DNA of 57,130 nucleotides from an uncultured Candidatus Melainabacteria bacterium. GTDB lineage: Bacteria > Cyanobacteriota > Vampirovibrionia > Gastranaerophilales > Gastranaerophilaceae. This document shows, piece after piece, positions 1-9,834 of this stretch. A program made the translations under genes and the position numbers. The notes under the pieces were generated by a model. It had not been told where the DNA came from and made no database searches. It worked only from the letters and a program-made list of their open reading frames with translations. The DNA is taken from NCBI GenBank assembly GCA_946055575.1, contig CAMGGL010000001.1, positions 1 through 57,130 on the forward strand, written 5' to 3'. Every line of letters begins with the position of its first letter. Within the stretch, counting starts at the first letter, position 1.

Positions 1-37
1 AAATAAGATATATTGATTATATAAAGGATGATTTTTA

Positions 38-1939
38 ATGAGTGAAGACAAGAAAAAAGATGAACAACAAAAAGAAGTAAAACAACCGACAGATGTAAAT
101 GTTGATTTATCACTAAAAAGCGAACAAGTTATTTCTAACGGAACGGTAGAAAAAGCAGAAATTACTGATTCTGTAGTGAAAGAGGTAATTACAGGCGGCT
201 ACCGTGAGATTAATATAACCAACCCCGGCACCGGTGAGCAGACAAAAATCGAAATAGGAGAAAAAGGGGCAGAAGAAGAAATAATTACAATCTATAACGG
301 TGTAAAAGGTTTAACTCTGGATGATTTACATACAGTTTACGCACAAAACGGTAACTCTGCATCTGCAGCATACAACTACTTAACAACATACCTAAAAGAT
401 AACAAAAATGACCCTGAGGCTATTCAAAATACAGTATCAATGTTACTGGGAGATCTTGAAAAAGCTTACGACCAAAACCAAGAACACAGGAAAGTCGGAA
501 TTGATCAAGTAGATGTTCTGGATAAAATTCTATCAACCGATAAAGGAGAGGAAGTTCCGGCACTTATTTGCGGAACAATACACGATTTTGCAGCCCAAGC
601 TCTTGAAGATTGCGGAATAAAAGCATGTTTGTTAACAGGCGGACAATTGCCTGACGGAGCACCACATGCAACCTTACTATACGATCGCGGTGACGGGAAA
701 TATGTATGGAACAACTATTCTAAAAGTATGGTAATTGATGCGCCATCAATAAAAGATGCGGCAAGAGAGGTTTTTAAAAGAAGCGGTTCACTTGAAAGCG
801 GTGGTATGATAGGTTTTCAAGATAAAGATAATTCATCATACCAAGAATACGCATTCAAAGATGAGGCTGCATTCGGAAAAGAAATTGATAAAAGGGCATA
901 CAATTCTGTATCTCCGTTTGATAATACAATTGCTCAACGTCCATCAATAGATGCCTCTGTTACGACATCAAATCTTGGGAATGTAAAGGCAACAGCGGGT
1001 GGCACATTAGCGTACGGAAATGACGAGGTATCCAATGCCACATCGTTGAACTTAGAATTTAAAAACAATAACGAAACATCTATGTTTACAAAATCGCAAA
1101 GTGTCGGTCTAAAACTTGAACACAGCGGAGAAAAAAGTAACGGACTTTATTACGATGCAAAGGGTGTCGTATCTTATACTAAAGGAAAAACAAGCAGCAT
1201 AGAGTATGTAATCAATACAAGAGAAGAAAATAACGAGAACGTCACACCTGAAACAAAAGTATTGGGTGGAAAAGTTCTGGGGTACGCAACTGCAATGGTT
1301 CACGCTGATGTGGGAAAAGAAACAACCCTTGTTGAAAATAAAGATCTTAAACTCACCAATGTCGGACAAGCCTCAATTCATGCTTTCGGAACTATGGGTT
1401 TAGGCAATATATCAAAAAGCGCTTCGGCTGACGGACGAATAACTATTGAAGAAGGCTTTGGATTAGAAAATAATATTGGAAACGTAACGTTAAATAACAA
1501 TATCAACACAGGCGGGGTTCTTGATTTCACTCACACTTGTGACGGTATAAAACCCGACTTAGGGCTAAAATTAAATGCAGGAACAGGTGTTGAATATAAT
1601 CCTGCTTCAAATTTATCCGTAGGCGCAAATGTAAAAGGATACAGCGTTTTCACAAAAAGTTCAAATGACTACGGAGTTTCAGGCGAAGTCCATGCAAAAT
1701 ACTCACCAAACTCAAAAGTTTCACTATTTGGGTCTGCAAATGTTGGAGTAGAACAACAAAATCTCTCAATAGGACTTTTCAATCAAAAAACAGAAAATAA
1801 TTTAACTTTAAGTACAACTTTGGGTGCGCAATTGAATAAAAATACTACAGTCTACGCAAATTACACACGTTACAATGATAATATTAATGCCACCAGAAAT
1901 TATAATCAATTTGAAGTTGGGGCAAAATTCAACTTCTAA
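38..1939 (+). CDS. Transglutaminase-like (Cys-His core) domain protein with a C-terminal beta-barrel-like region
   Basis: The motif ICGTIHDFAAQALEDCGIKACLLTG...PHATLLY...WNNY resembles the transglutaminase-like cysteine peptidase core (GxCxxFA...GIPAR...HAW). The C-terminal ~300 aa is G/N/S/T-rich with alternating hydrophobics and ends in ...GAKFNF, an OMP-like terminal Phe. AAAGGA RBS upstream. The N-terminus is highly charged with no signal peptide. Confidence 0.45.
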   Translation: MSEDKKKDEQQKEVKQPTDVNVDLSLKSEQVISNGTVEKAEITDSVVKEVITGGYREINITNPGTGEQTKIEIGEKGAEEEIITIYNGVKGLTLDDLHTVYAQNGNSASAAYNYLTTYLKDNKNDPEAIQNTVSMLLGDLEKAYDQNQEHRKVGIDQVDVLDKILSTDKGEEVPALICGTIHDFAAQALEDCGIKACLLTGGQLPDGAPHATLLYDRGDGKYVWNNYSKSMVIDAPSIKDAAREVFKRSGSLESGGMIGFQDKDNSSYQEYAFKDEAAFGKEIDKRAYNSVSPFDNTIAQRPSIDASVTTSNLGNVKATAGGTLAYGNDEVSNATSLNLEFKNNNETSMFTKSQSVGLKLEHSGEKSNGLYYDAKGVVSYTKGKTSSIEYVINTREENNENVTPETKVLGGKVLGYATAMVHADVGKETTLVENKDLKLTNVGQASIHAFGTMGLGNISKSASADGRITIEEGFGLENNIGNVTLNNNINTGGVLDFTHTCDGIKPDLGLKLNAGTGVEYNPASNLSVGANVKGYSVFTKSSNDYGVSGEVHAKYSPNSKVSLFGSANVGVEQQNLSIGLFNQKTENNLTLSTTLGAQLNKNTTVYANYTRYNDNINATRNYNQFEVGAKFNF

Positions 1940-1947
1940 CACAACAA

Positions 1948-3294
1948 CTAAATATCAACGCCTTGCATCATTTCAACAAGTTGATTAATCGTACCTTCCA
2001 TAGTGACGCTGTCAGATGTTCTTTGCTGCAAAAAAGCATTGACTTTCGGCATCATTTCAATAGCAATATCTAACTTAGGGTTTGAACCCGGCTGATACAT
2101 ACCAACATCAATAAGGTCTTTGTTTTCACGGTACATAGACATAATTGTACGGAGCTTTGCTGCCGCAGCCTTATGTTCTGGCGAGGCAATAGCACTCATC
2201 AAACGTGAAATACTGCCCAAAACATCTATTGCAGGATAATGATTTGATTCCGCAACTTTTCTTGATAAGAAAATATGGCCATCAACAATACCACGTACAA
2301 TATCAACAATAGGGTCTGAAATATCATCACCTTCCATAAGTACCGTGTAAAGTGCCGTAATTGAACCTTTAGGGCTGTTACCTGCACGTTCCAAAACTTT
2401 TTGAAGCCAAGAAAAAATAGACGGAGGATAACCCTTCATTGTTGGAGGTTCTCCAAGTGACAAGCCGACTTCACGCCCTGCCATAGCACAACGAGTGACA
2501 GTATCCGTCATTAAAAACACTTTTTTACCCTGATCTCTGAAATATTCACAAACCGCAGTTGCCGTCAACAGAGCTTTTTGGCGGATTAATGGAGGCTGGT
2601 CACCTGTTGAACATACCAAAACAGATTTTGCCATACCGACTTCACCTAACGAATCTTCGACAAATTCTTTAACTTCACGACCTCGTTCTCCAATTAGAGC
2701 AACAACGTTTACATCAGCATCAGAATTTCTTGCAATCATACCCAAAAGTGTACTTTTCCCGACACCTGATCCTGCAAACAACCCCAAACGCTGTCCGCAA
2801 CCCATTGTCATACATCCGTCAATTGCACGGACACCGGTTGAAAATTGCTCAGTTATAATAGGTCTTTCAAACGGGCCGGGCGGAGGACCTTCTACAGGAC
2901 GCCACATTGCCCCTGTCGTATCCAACGGCTTGCCGTCTATAGGATTTCCCAGCGGATCAATTAACCTGCCAAGCAAAAAATCCCCAACTGGAACCGTAAT
3001 AGGTCTGCCGGTCGAAGTTACAAGACTTCCCTGACCTATTCCGTTACCGTCCAATAGCAACGCCAATTGTGCAACTTCACCTTTAAAAGCCTGTACCTCT
3101 GCAGGTTTTTGCTTACCGTCAAAGGTTTCAATATAACACAAATCTCCAATCTTTAATCCTGGCAATTTAACTTCAACTGTCAAACCCAAAAGTTTAGATA
3201 CCGAACCTCTATATGTATAAAGTTCAACACCTTGAAGTTTTTCTTTTACCTTAGACTTTATATCTTCTATATTACTTTTATCAATTTGTGTCAT
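1948..3294 (-). CDS. fliI: Flagellum-specific ATPase FliI (type III secretion ATPase)
   Basis: Walker A GSGVGKSTLLGMIARN, Walker B-like VFLMTD, and F1/T3SS ATPase-like sequence throughout. Confidence 0.93.
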   Translation of the reverse strand: MTQIDKSNIEDIKSKVKEKLQGVELYTYRGSVSKLLGLTVEVKLPGLKIGDLCYIETFDGKQKPAEVQAFKGEVAQLALLLDGNGIGQGSLVTSTGRPITVPVGDFLLGRLIDPLGNPIDGKPLDTTGAMWRPVEGPPPGPFERPIITEQFSTGVRAIDGCMTMGCGQRLGLFAGSGVGKSTLLGMIARNSDADVNVVALIGERGREVKEFVEDSLGEVGMAKSVLVCSTGDQPPLIRQKALLTATAVCEYFRDQGKKVFLMTDTVTRCAMAGREVGLSLGEPPTMKGYPPSIFSWLQKVLERAGNSPKGSITALYTVLMEGDDISDPIVDIVRGIVDGHIFLSRKVAESNHYPAIDVLGSISRLMSAIASPEHKAAAAKLRTIMSMYRENKDLIDVGMYQPGSNPKLDIAIEMMPKVNAFLQQRTSDSVTMEGTINQLVEMMQGVDI

Positions 3295-3400
3295 AATTTA
3301 ATTATAGCAATATTCACATTATTAGCAAGTAAGAATAAAATACTAATTTGCAATAATTGTGATATTATATTTGTAAGACAATACAAAACATGGAGTTAAT

Positions 3401-4564
3401 ATGAATATAGAAGAATTAAGAAACGAAAATGATTTAGTAGATTTATTTTGCAGCTTAGCAGAAATTCCCTCACCATCCTTACAAGAAGAAAATGTAATCA
3501 ATTGGATTTGCGATTATTGCACAAAAAACAATCTGAAATGTGAAAAAGATGATTACAACAATTTGTACATAACAGTAGATGCTACTGATACAAATAAAAA
3601 ACCGATTTTACTATCCTCTCATCTTGACGTAATTGGCGATAATTCCCCAATTATAGTATCCTTAGACGGAAACTTAATAAAAGCAAATAACAGGACTTTG
3701 GGAGCTGACGATAAAGCAGGAGTTGCAAATGCACTATACTTCGCAACAAAACTTAATAATAGAAAAGATTTAAAGCACGGAGGATTGGAGCTTCATTTTA
3801 CGCGCGACGAGGAATCCGGGATGACCGGAATAAAAAATACCGATTTTACAAAAATACAATCCAAGTATGTGTTAGTTTTGGATAGTGACACTTTAGGGCA
3901 GTTTATGACATCTGGAGCAAGCTATGTAACTGCATATTTAAAAATAAAGGCATTTAAAGGTGGGCATTCAGGAATTGATATTGGTGATAGTTCAAGAGAA
4001 AACGCCGCAAAACTTATTGCAGACTTAATAGCGGAAATGCCGCAAGGTGTATTCTATTCAGAAGATGACAAAGTTATAACATCTTGCAATCTCGGCGGAA
4101 TTTCCTCAGGCGATGTAAACGTAACAAACATAATAAATACTGACGCTGAAGCTACTTATTCAATCAGAAGTTCCAGAAAAGATAAAGAAAACGAATTAGT
4201 AAACCTTATGAAAGAAGCTGTAGAGGCTTTCAATATTGACTATAAAGATATCGCCACTGCATCAATAGATTTTGTTGAAAAAATGCCAATGTTTGAAGAA
4301 AATTCCGACAAGTTTTTACCTGAACTGTTTGCAAAAGCCGCAGCAAAAACAGGGGTAACTCCTGAAATTTCATCATTCCATGCCGGCGCAGAAACCCATA
4401 TTTATGCAAATAAACAAAATGCTCAAGGTGAAAACTTTTCACCATATTTAGTAGGGCTTGCTACTGTTTGTAATATGCACTCATGCAGGGAATATGTTGA
4501 CTATACAACAATGATTAAAGGGCAAGAACTTTTACAGGTACTATTTGAAGAATATAATAAGTAA
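3401..4564 (+). CDS. M20-family metallopeptidase (PepT/PepD-like)
   Basis: Metal-ligand motifs SSHLDV, GADDKAGVA and TRDEESGMTG are typical of the M20 peptidase T/dipeptidase family. Confidence 0.7.
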   Translation: MNIEELRNENDLVDLFCSLAEIPSPSLQEENVINWICDYCTKNNLKCEKDDYNNLYITVDATDTNKKPILLSSHLDVIGDNSPIIVSLDGNLIKANNRTLGADDKAGVANALYFATKLNNRKDLKHGGLELHFTRDEESGMTGIKNTDFTKIQSKYVLVLDSDTLGQFMTSGASYVTAYLKIKAFKGGHSGIDIGDSSRENAAKLIADLIAEMPQGVFYSEDDKVITSCNLGGISSGDVNVTNIINTDAEATYSIRSSRKDKENELVNLMKEAVEAFNIDYKDIATASIDFVEKMPMFEENSDKFLPELFAKAAAKTGVTPEISSFHAGAETHIYANKQNAQGENFSPYLVGLATVCNMHSCREYVDYTTMIKGQELLQVLFEEYNK

Positions 4565-4594
4565 CTTTAATACTAAAATTTATTTAAAACATAC

Positions 4595-4626
4595 TAAAAA
4601 AATCGGGGAAGTTGCACGTTCCCCGA
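4595..4626 (-). terminator. Intrinsic terminator (bidirectional hairpin) between the peptidase and MFS genes
   Basis: CGGGGAA-N8-TTCCCCG hairpin flanked by A7 on plus, which is a T-run on minus downstream of the MFS gene. Confidence 0.6.
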
Positions 4627-4661
4627 ATACATAAATTGGGAATTTATACACATAAAAATTA

Positions 4662-6248
4662 TTAAGAAACTTTTTTATTCTTTATAAACAACAATAGAGG
4701 TGTTATAAAGAAACAGGCAATTGCAAATATTCTAAAAGTATCAATGTATGCCCATAATGTTGACTGTTGCAGTAACTGGTTATACAAAAGTCCTTTTGCC
4801 GAATAAATTGCGGATGACAAATCAGCATTTCCAATAAATGCACCAATATAGGCTTGCAATCTCTCCACATAATTTGGATTTAAATCAGTAAGTTTACCAA
4901 CCATCATATTTTGGTGAACTTGCGCAAATCTTGAAATACAAGTTGTAACAAGCGAAGTACCGACGGCTGCACCCACATTTTTTAACAAATTCTGTACAGC
5001 GCTGGCATTTGTCATTTGATCATTTCTCAGAGTTCGGCAAGAAAGTTCAACCAAAGGAATCATCGCCATTACCATACCCAATCCGAATAAGAAATTCGGA
5101 AATCCGATATTTGCAAGAGAAATTTGTAAATTTATTTCACCAAAAGCCAGACCACCTATTCCAAGCGTAACTAAACCAAAGAATACCATTTTTCTTGCCC
5201 CCAGTTTAGTAACAAATACTGCAGTCAAAACTGTTGCAAGCAAACAACCCGCACCTCTTGGCACCATTGAAAGTCCACTTAAGAAAGAGGTATATCCCAT
5301 CATACTTTGTAACATAGATGGCAAAATTGCACTTGATGCCATCATTACCCCCATTAAAACCATTTGAATTAAAGTTCCAAACAGGAAGTTTTTATCTTTC
5401 ATAATAGACAAATCAACAAGCGGTTCTTTGCCCCTCATCTGAGTTATTAAAAATATTATACCTGCAACACAGGAAATTGCTGTCATCCAACAAATCCACA
5501 CAGCTCCAAACCAATCGGCATCATTACCTTTATCTAAAACGATTTGCAAACAAACCAACCATATCGCCATAAAAGCAAAACCAATAGCGTCAAACCTTAT
5601 ACCTTTTTGTTTTTTAGCATAAGGCGGATCTTCCAATAACTCCTTTGAGGCGGCTAAAACAAAAAATCCTATCGGGATATTTATATAATAGATATAGGGC
5701 CAAGACCAATTTTCGGTAATCCACCCACCTATAGCCGGTCCGATAATTGGAGCAAAAACAACACCTAAACCAAAAAGCGCCATAGCTTGCGGTCGACGGT
5801 CTTTTGGAAATGTTTCCAGCATTATTGCTTGCGTTAAAGGTAAAATTGCACCTCCGCCAAGCCCTTGTAAAAACCTAGCCAAAACCATTGTTATAATTGA
5901 ATTTGCAATACCGCACAAAAAGGATGCAAATGTGAATATAATAAGGCTCAGCATAAAGAAATTTTTTCTTCCCATTAATTTACACAAAAAATCAACGGCA
6001 GGAATAATAATACCGCTTGCTATCAGATAAAATGTAATAACCCAAGTTGCTTCATTATGACTGCACGAAAACGAACCCGCCATATAAGGAAGCGCAACAT
6101 TAGAAATAGTTTCATCAAGTGCATACATAAAAACTGCTGCCATCAACGGTATTGATATCAACCAAGGATTTTTGCTCGGTTTCCAATCATCTGGGGAACT
6201 AATTATTTCTTGTTTTATAACTTCTTCACTCATAAAAAACCTATTCAA
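4662..6248 (-). CDS. MFS efflux transporter, DHA2 (EmrB/QacA-like) family
   Basis: Polytopic hydrophobic protein with the MFS motifs GRKNFFMLSLIIFTFASFLCG and ARFLQGLGGGAILP. Start overlaps the upstream MarR gene. Confidence 0.85.
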   Translation of the reverse strand: MNRFFMSEEVIKQEIISSPDDWKPSKNPWLISIPLMAAVFMYALDETISNVALPYMAGSFSCSHNEATWVITFYLIASGIIIPAVDFLCKLMGRKNFFMLSLIIFTFASFLCGIANSIITMVLARFLQGLGGGAILPLTQAIMLETFPKDRRPQAMALFGLGVVFAPIIGPAIGGWITENWSWPYIYYINIPIGFFVLAASKELLEDPPYAKKQKGIRFDAIGFAFMAIWLVCLQIVLDKGNDADWFGAVWICWMTAISCVAGIIFLITQMRGKEPLVDLSIMKDKNFLFGTLIQMVLMGVMMASSAILPSMLQSMMGYTSFLSGLSMVPRGAGCLLATVLTAVFVTKLGARKMVFFGLVTLGIGGLAFGEINLQISLANIGFPNFLFGLGMVMAMIPLVELSCRTLRNDQMTNASAVQNLLKNVGAAVGTSLVTTCISRFAQVHQNMMVGKLTDLNPNYVERLQAYIGAFIGNADLSSAIYSAKGLLYNQLLQQSTLWAYIDTFRIFAIACFFITPLLLFIKNKKVS

Positions 6249-6711
6249 ATACTATATTACTAAACTGTTCTATCGTATGTCTAAACTTTTGTAAATGTTT
6301 TATGATACTATCAATTTCTTTTTCTGAAATAATTTGCTCAAATTTTCGCACATGTGGTCTAAAATTTTTTACAATGTCATCATAAAATTTTCGACCCTTA
6401 TCAGTTACAATTGATAGTTTTATTAATTTCCCATTCCGCTCCAATATCTTACGTTCAATAAACCCTTTATTTTCAAGTGACATCAAAAAGCGACCGGTAT
6501 GAGCTTTACCTTTTAATATGACTCTTGCCAAATCTGCCTGTGACAAATCAGGTTTAGCAATTATTGTATCCAAAACAGTAAATTCATCAATTGAGACTTC
6601 ACTGGTAAGCTGCCCCAACAACTGCCTCGCATTTTCATGACAAATTCTTGCTGTCAATTCGATTTCATAAGGCAAACTGTCAATATAAAATTTTTGTTCT
6701 TTCATTCTCAC
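6241..6711 (-). CDS. MarR-family transcriptional regulator
   Basis: Winged-helix segment LSQADLARVILKGKAHTGRFLMSLENKGFIERK. About 150 aa and overlaps the MFS gene by 8 nt, the classic MarR-efflux pair. Confidence 0.8.
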   Translation of the reverse strand: MRMKEQKFYIDSLPYEIELTARICHENARQLLGQLTSEVSIDEFTVLDTIIAKPDLSQADLARVILKGKAHTGRFLMSLENKGFIERKILERNGKLIKLSIVTDKGRKFYDDIVKNFRPHVRKFEQIISEKEIDSIIKHLQKFRHTIEQFSNIVFE

Positions 6712-6785
6712 TCCCTAGCATATTCTTATTATGTATATATCTTTGCATAGATATATCTACTTGTCAAGAAATATACTTGCTACCA

Positions 6786-6816
6786 TAAAAAAGAAAGTCC
6801 GAAAAATCGGACTTTC
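6786..6816 (-). terminator. Intrinsic terminator downstream of tpiA
   Basis: GAAAGTCCG-loop-CGGACTTTC hairpin, followed on the minus strand by a T-run. Confidence 0.6.
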
Positions 6817-6844
6817 CTTTCGACTGTCAATCAATATTTATAAC

Positions 6845-7642
6845 CTATGCAACAGCTACTTTCATTGTTTTTTCAATGATTTCATTGAAACTTTCAGCTT
6901 TCAAAGAAGCACCGCCAATTAAAGCACCGTCGATATCAGATTTAGACATTTGTTCTTCAATTGTAGAAGGTTTAACAGAACCGCCGTAAAGAATTCTGAT
7001 AGAATCAGCTGCTGAACTTCCTGCAACTTCAGAAACTACATTTCTAATCATTTTGATTACTCTGTTAGCTTCATCAGCATCACAAGATTTGCCTGTACCA
7101 ATTGCCCAAATAGGTTCATAAGCTATAACTGATTTAGCAACATCTTCAGAAGATATACCGGCTAAAGCTGCTCTGATTTGAGATGCAATGTGAGCATCAG
7201 TTGAACCTGCTTCTCTTTGTTCAAGAGTTTCACCACAGCAAATAATAGGAATTAAACCGCCTGCTAAAATTGCTTTAGCTTTTTTATTAATCATTTCATC
7301 TGTTTCTGAGAAATATTGTCTTCTTTCAGAGTGACCGATAATAACAAATGAGCATCCTGCATCTTTTAACATTTCCACTGAAATTTCACCGGTGTAAGCA
7401 CCTGAAGATTCCCAGTGGCAATTTTGACCTGCTACATAAATTCTGCTGCCTTCACAACCGCAATCACATTTAACTTCAGATACTTGGTTTAAAGAAGTAA
7501 ATACAGGTGCGATAACAACTGTAGGAAGTTGAGTAGCACTATAGTTATTTACAAAAGATTTTATACCTTCAAACAATGCTTTAGCATCACTTTGAAGTAA
7601 ATTCATTTTCCAGTTTCCTGCAATAATAGGTTTTCTTGACAT
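6845..7642 (-). CDS. tpiA: Triosephosphate isomerase
   Basis: IIAGNWKMN, IIGHSERR, AYEPIWAIGTG and ILYGGSV motifs. Start moved to the internal ATG (MSRKPIIAGNWKMN) because the upstream 19 codons are non-homologous. Confidence 0.93.
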   Translation of the reverse strand: MSRKPIIAGNWKMNLLQSDAKALFEGIKSFVNNYSATQLPTVVIAPVFTSLNQVSEVKCDCGCEGSRIYVAGQNCHWESSGAYTGEISVEMLKDAGCSFVIIGHSERRQYFSETDEMINKKAKAILAGGLIPIICCGETLEQREAGSTDAHIASQIRAALAGISSEDVAKSVIAYEPIWAIGTGKSCDADEANRVIKMIRNVVSEVAGSSAADSIRILYGGSVKPSTIEEQMSKSDIDGALIGGASLKAESFNEIIEKTMKVAVA

Positions 7643-7713
7643 AATACAATCTCCTTTTCTTTGTACATCTACAAGAAGTATTATATACCAAAAAAACATT
7701 CAAGCAATAAGAG

Positions 7714-8418
7714 CTAGTATTTCATAGTCCAGCCGTCATTTATAATTTTAGTAACACAACCTGATGCATAATCGCCAATATGACCAAAAGAAGATATTTT
7801 AGTTCCGCATTTATCAGCATCATTCGACCAATCTGCAAGCTTATTCTGTTCTATTTTTAGGGCAAATGCATCTCTGCCTGCAATATTAGGCTCAGCCGGA
7901 CCGTTTACATCAACAGCTATATATATGTTATTATCGACTTCTTTTATCATGCATACTGCAGCACCGCTTGTCAGCTGTACACAATACTGTCCAAACCCTG
8001 TCAAATTGGAAGCATCACCTTTTATAGAGGCATAAGCAGGTGCAATGCATTGATTTGCGTCATTTGGAGTGCTGTTACAACCTGTTTTCATAGTTTTAAA
8101 ATAATTGTTCAAAAAGTAATATGCACCTTTTCCGTCCGGGAAATCATTACTCTTTCCTGCAATAGTCGCAGCGGCAGTTGTTTCACTAAACACTGTTGCA
8201 TGCTCATCTGACATAATATTACTAATTGCGTCATCTATTTGAACATACGTTTTTTTCAACTGAGCAACGTACAACTTGTTTTTATAATCTTTTACAACCG
8301 CAGGAATTGTTAAAACCGCAATGACACCAACAATTCCAAGCGTAATCAAGACCTCAGATAAAGTAAAAGCTTTATTAAAATTTTTATTTAATCCGTTAAA
8401 AATATTTTTTATTGACAT
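7714..8418 (-). CDS. Prepilin-type N-terminal cleavage/methylation domain protein (pilin/pseudopilin-like paralog 1)
   Basis: N-terminus ...KAFTLSEVLITLGIVGVIAVLTIP with Glu at +5. Conserved VDVNGPAEPNIAGRDAF block and C-terminal DGWTMKY. Confidence 0.8.
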   Translation of the reverse strand: MSIKNIFNGLNKNFNKAFTLSEVLITLGIVGVIAVLTIPAVVKDYKNKLYVAQLKKTYVQIDDAISNIMSDEHATVFSETTAAATIAGKSNDFPDGKGAYYFLNNYFKTMKTGCNSTPNDANQCIAPAYASIKGDASNLTGFGQYCVQLTSGAAVCMIKEVDNNIYIAVDVNGPAEPNIAGRDAFALKIEQNKLADWSNDADKCGTKISSFGHIGDYASGCVTKIINDGWTMKY

Positions 8419-8427
8419 AAATACCTC

Positions 8428-9114
8428 TTAATATTCCATTTTCCAGCCGGAGTCTATAATTGCAGATAAGCAACCGCAAGCTGCAGTAAAAGCATTCGTT
8501 GTAGTACCTTTGGTACAACTGGCTGGTTCGCATCCAAAAAAGTTATCATTGCAATTACTTCCAAAATCCGAGATTGAACCGTCTTTATGTATATCCATTG
8601 AAAAAACATCACGACCCGGAATATTCGGACCTTCCATACCATTGACATCTACACCCACTGACATACATTTATTTGCATTGTTATAGACACCGCAAATAGT
8701 CACACCATTAACAGTTTGAACACAATAGCTGGTAGGAAACCCGCCAACCGCAACACCCGTAACAGTTTTATATGTACCTACACCTTTAGTTGCACAAGGT
8801 TCACTTGAATCCAAACAATCTTTTTTTGTCATTTTAAAATAATTATTTACAAGATACGGAAAACCAGCAGTATAATCACCTTGAGTATTTTTAGCAGGAA
8901 CTTTTCCTGCTTGTGTTTCATAGAAATTATCCACACGCTCATCGTTCATAACCGCATTTGTTGCATTGGTAAGTTGAGAATAAACTTTTTCAAGTTTTGC
9001 GGTATACATTCTATTTTTATAACTTTTCATTACAGAGGGTATTGTTAAAACAGCAACAACGCCAACAATACTCAATGTAATTAAAATTTCCGCCAAAGTA
9101 AAACCTTTTTTCAT
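8428..9114 (-). CDS. Prepilin-type pilin/pseudopilin-like paralog 2 (Cys-rich)
   Basis: MKKGFTLAEILITLSIVGVVAVLTIP, VDVNGMEGPNIPGRDVF, and C-terminal SGWKMEY. Confidence 0.8.
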   Translation of the reverse strand: MKKGFTLAEILITLSIVGVVAVLTIPSVMKSYKNRMYTAKLEKVYSQLTNATNAVMNDERVDNFYETQAGKVPAKNTQGDYTAGFPYLVNNYFKMTKKDCLDSSEPCATKGVGTYKTVTGVAVGGFPTSYCVQTVNGVTICGVYNNANKCMSVGVDVNGMEGPNIPGRDVFSMDIHKDGSISDFGSNCNDNFFGCEPASCTKGTTTNAFTAACGCLSAIIDSGWKMEY

Positions 9115-9124
9115 ATATACCCCT

Positions 9125-9820
9125 TTAGTAATCCATGTTCCAATCAGACTTTATCAACCTTGAATAACATCCGCATGATGCCTGAGATACAGAATCTTTA
9201 CCTCGTCCTGTTCCGCAAAGACTTTTATCACATCCGAAAGAATTATCAGCACATCCGCTGCCCCAATCAGACAACGTTCCGTCTTTATGTATATCCATAG
9301 CAAAAATATCACGTCCTGCCATATTTGGCTCTACCATACCATTGACATCCACAGCTACAGACATACAATTATTATTCACATTATAAGAAGCGCAAACGGT
9401 TGCGCCATTAGTAGTATAAATACAATAACCGCCAAATCCGAAATTAAGAGCTTGACCTTGCATATTTGTATAAACCGAACCGGTAGACGATGCACAAGGG
9501 TCACTTCCGTCTATACAATTCCTTTTAAGAGGTTTCATATAGTTATTCAATAAATACCCCGGACCTTTTTCACATGCTCCTTTTGAGGCATCTGAGCAGG
9601 AATTTGGATTTGCAGCTTTTGTTTCGTAAAAATTATCTACATGTTCATCATTCATAATAGCTTGAGCAGCATCAGATAGTTGAGCCGAAACTTTTTGAAG
9701 TTGAGCAACATACATTCTGTTTCTATAATTTTTCATAACTGCAGGAACCGTTAAAACAGCGACAATTCCGACGACACCCAATGTTATTAAAACTTCTGCT
9801 AAAGTAAAACCTTTTTTCAT
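9125..9820 (-). CDS. Prepilin-type pilin/pseudopilin-like paralog 3 (Cys-rich)
   Basis: MKKGFTLAEVLITLGVVGIVAVLTVP, VDVNGMVEPNMAGRDIF, and C-terminal SDWNMDY. Start set at the second of two adjacent ATGs (AAGGAA RBS) by analogy with paralog 2. Confidence 0.8.
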   Translation of the reverse strand: MKKGFTLAEVLITLGVVGIVAVLTVPAVMKNYRNRMYVAQLQKVSAQLSDAAQAIMNDEHVDNFYETKAANPNSCSDASKGACEKGPGYLLNNYMKPLKRNCIDGSDPCASSTGSVYTNMQGQALNFGFGGYCIYTTNGATVCASYNVNNNCMSVAVDVNGMVEPNMAGRDIFAMDIHKDGTLSDWGSGCADNSFGCDKSLCGTGRGKDSVSQASCGCYSRLIKSDWNMDY

Positions 9821-9834
9821 CATAAATTCCTTAA

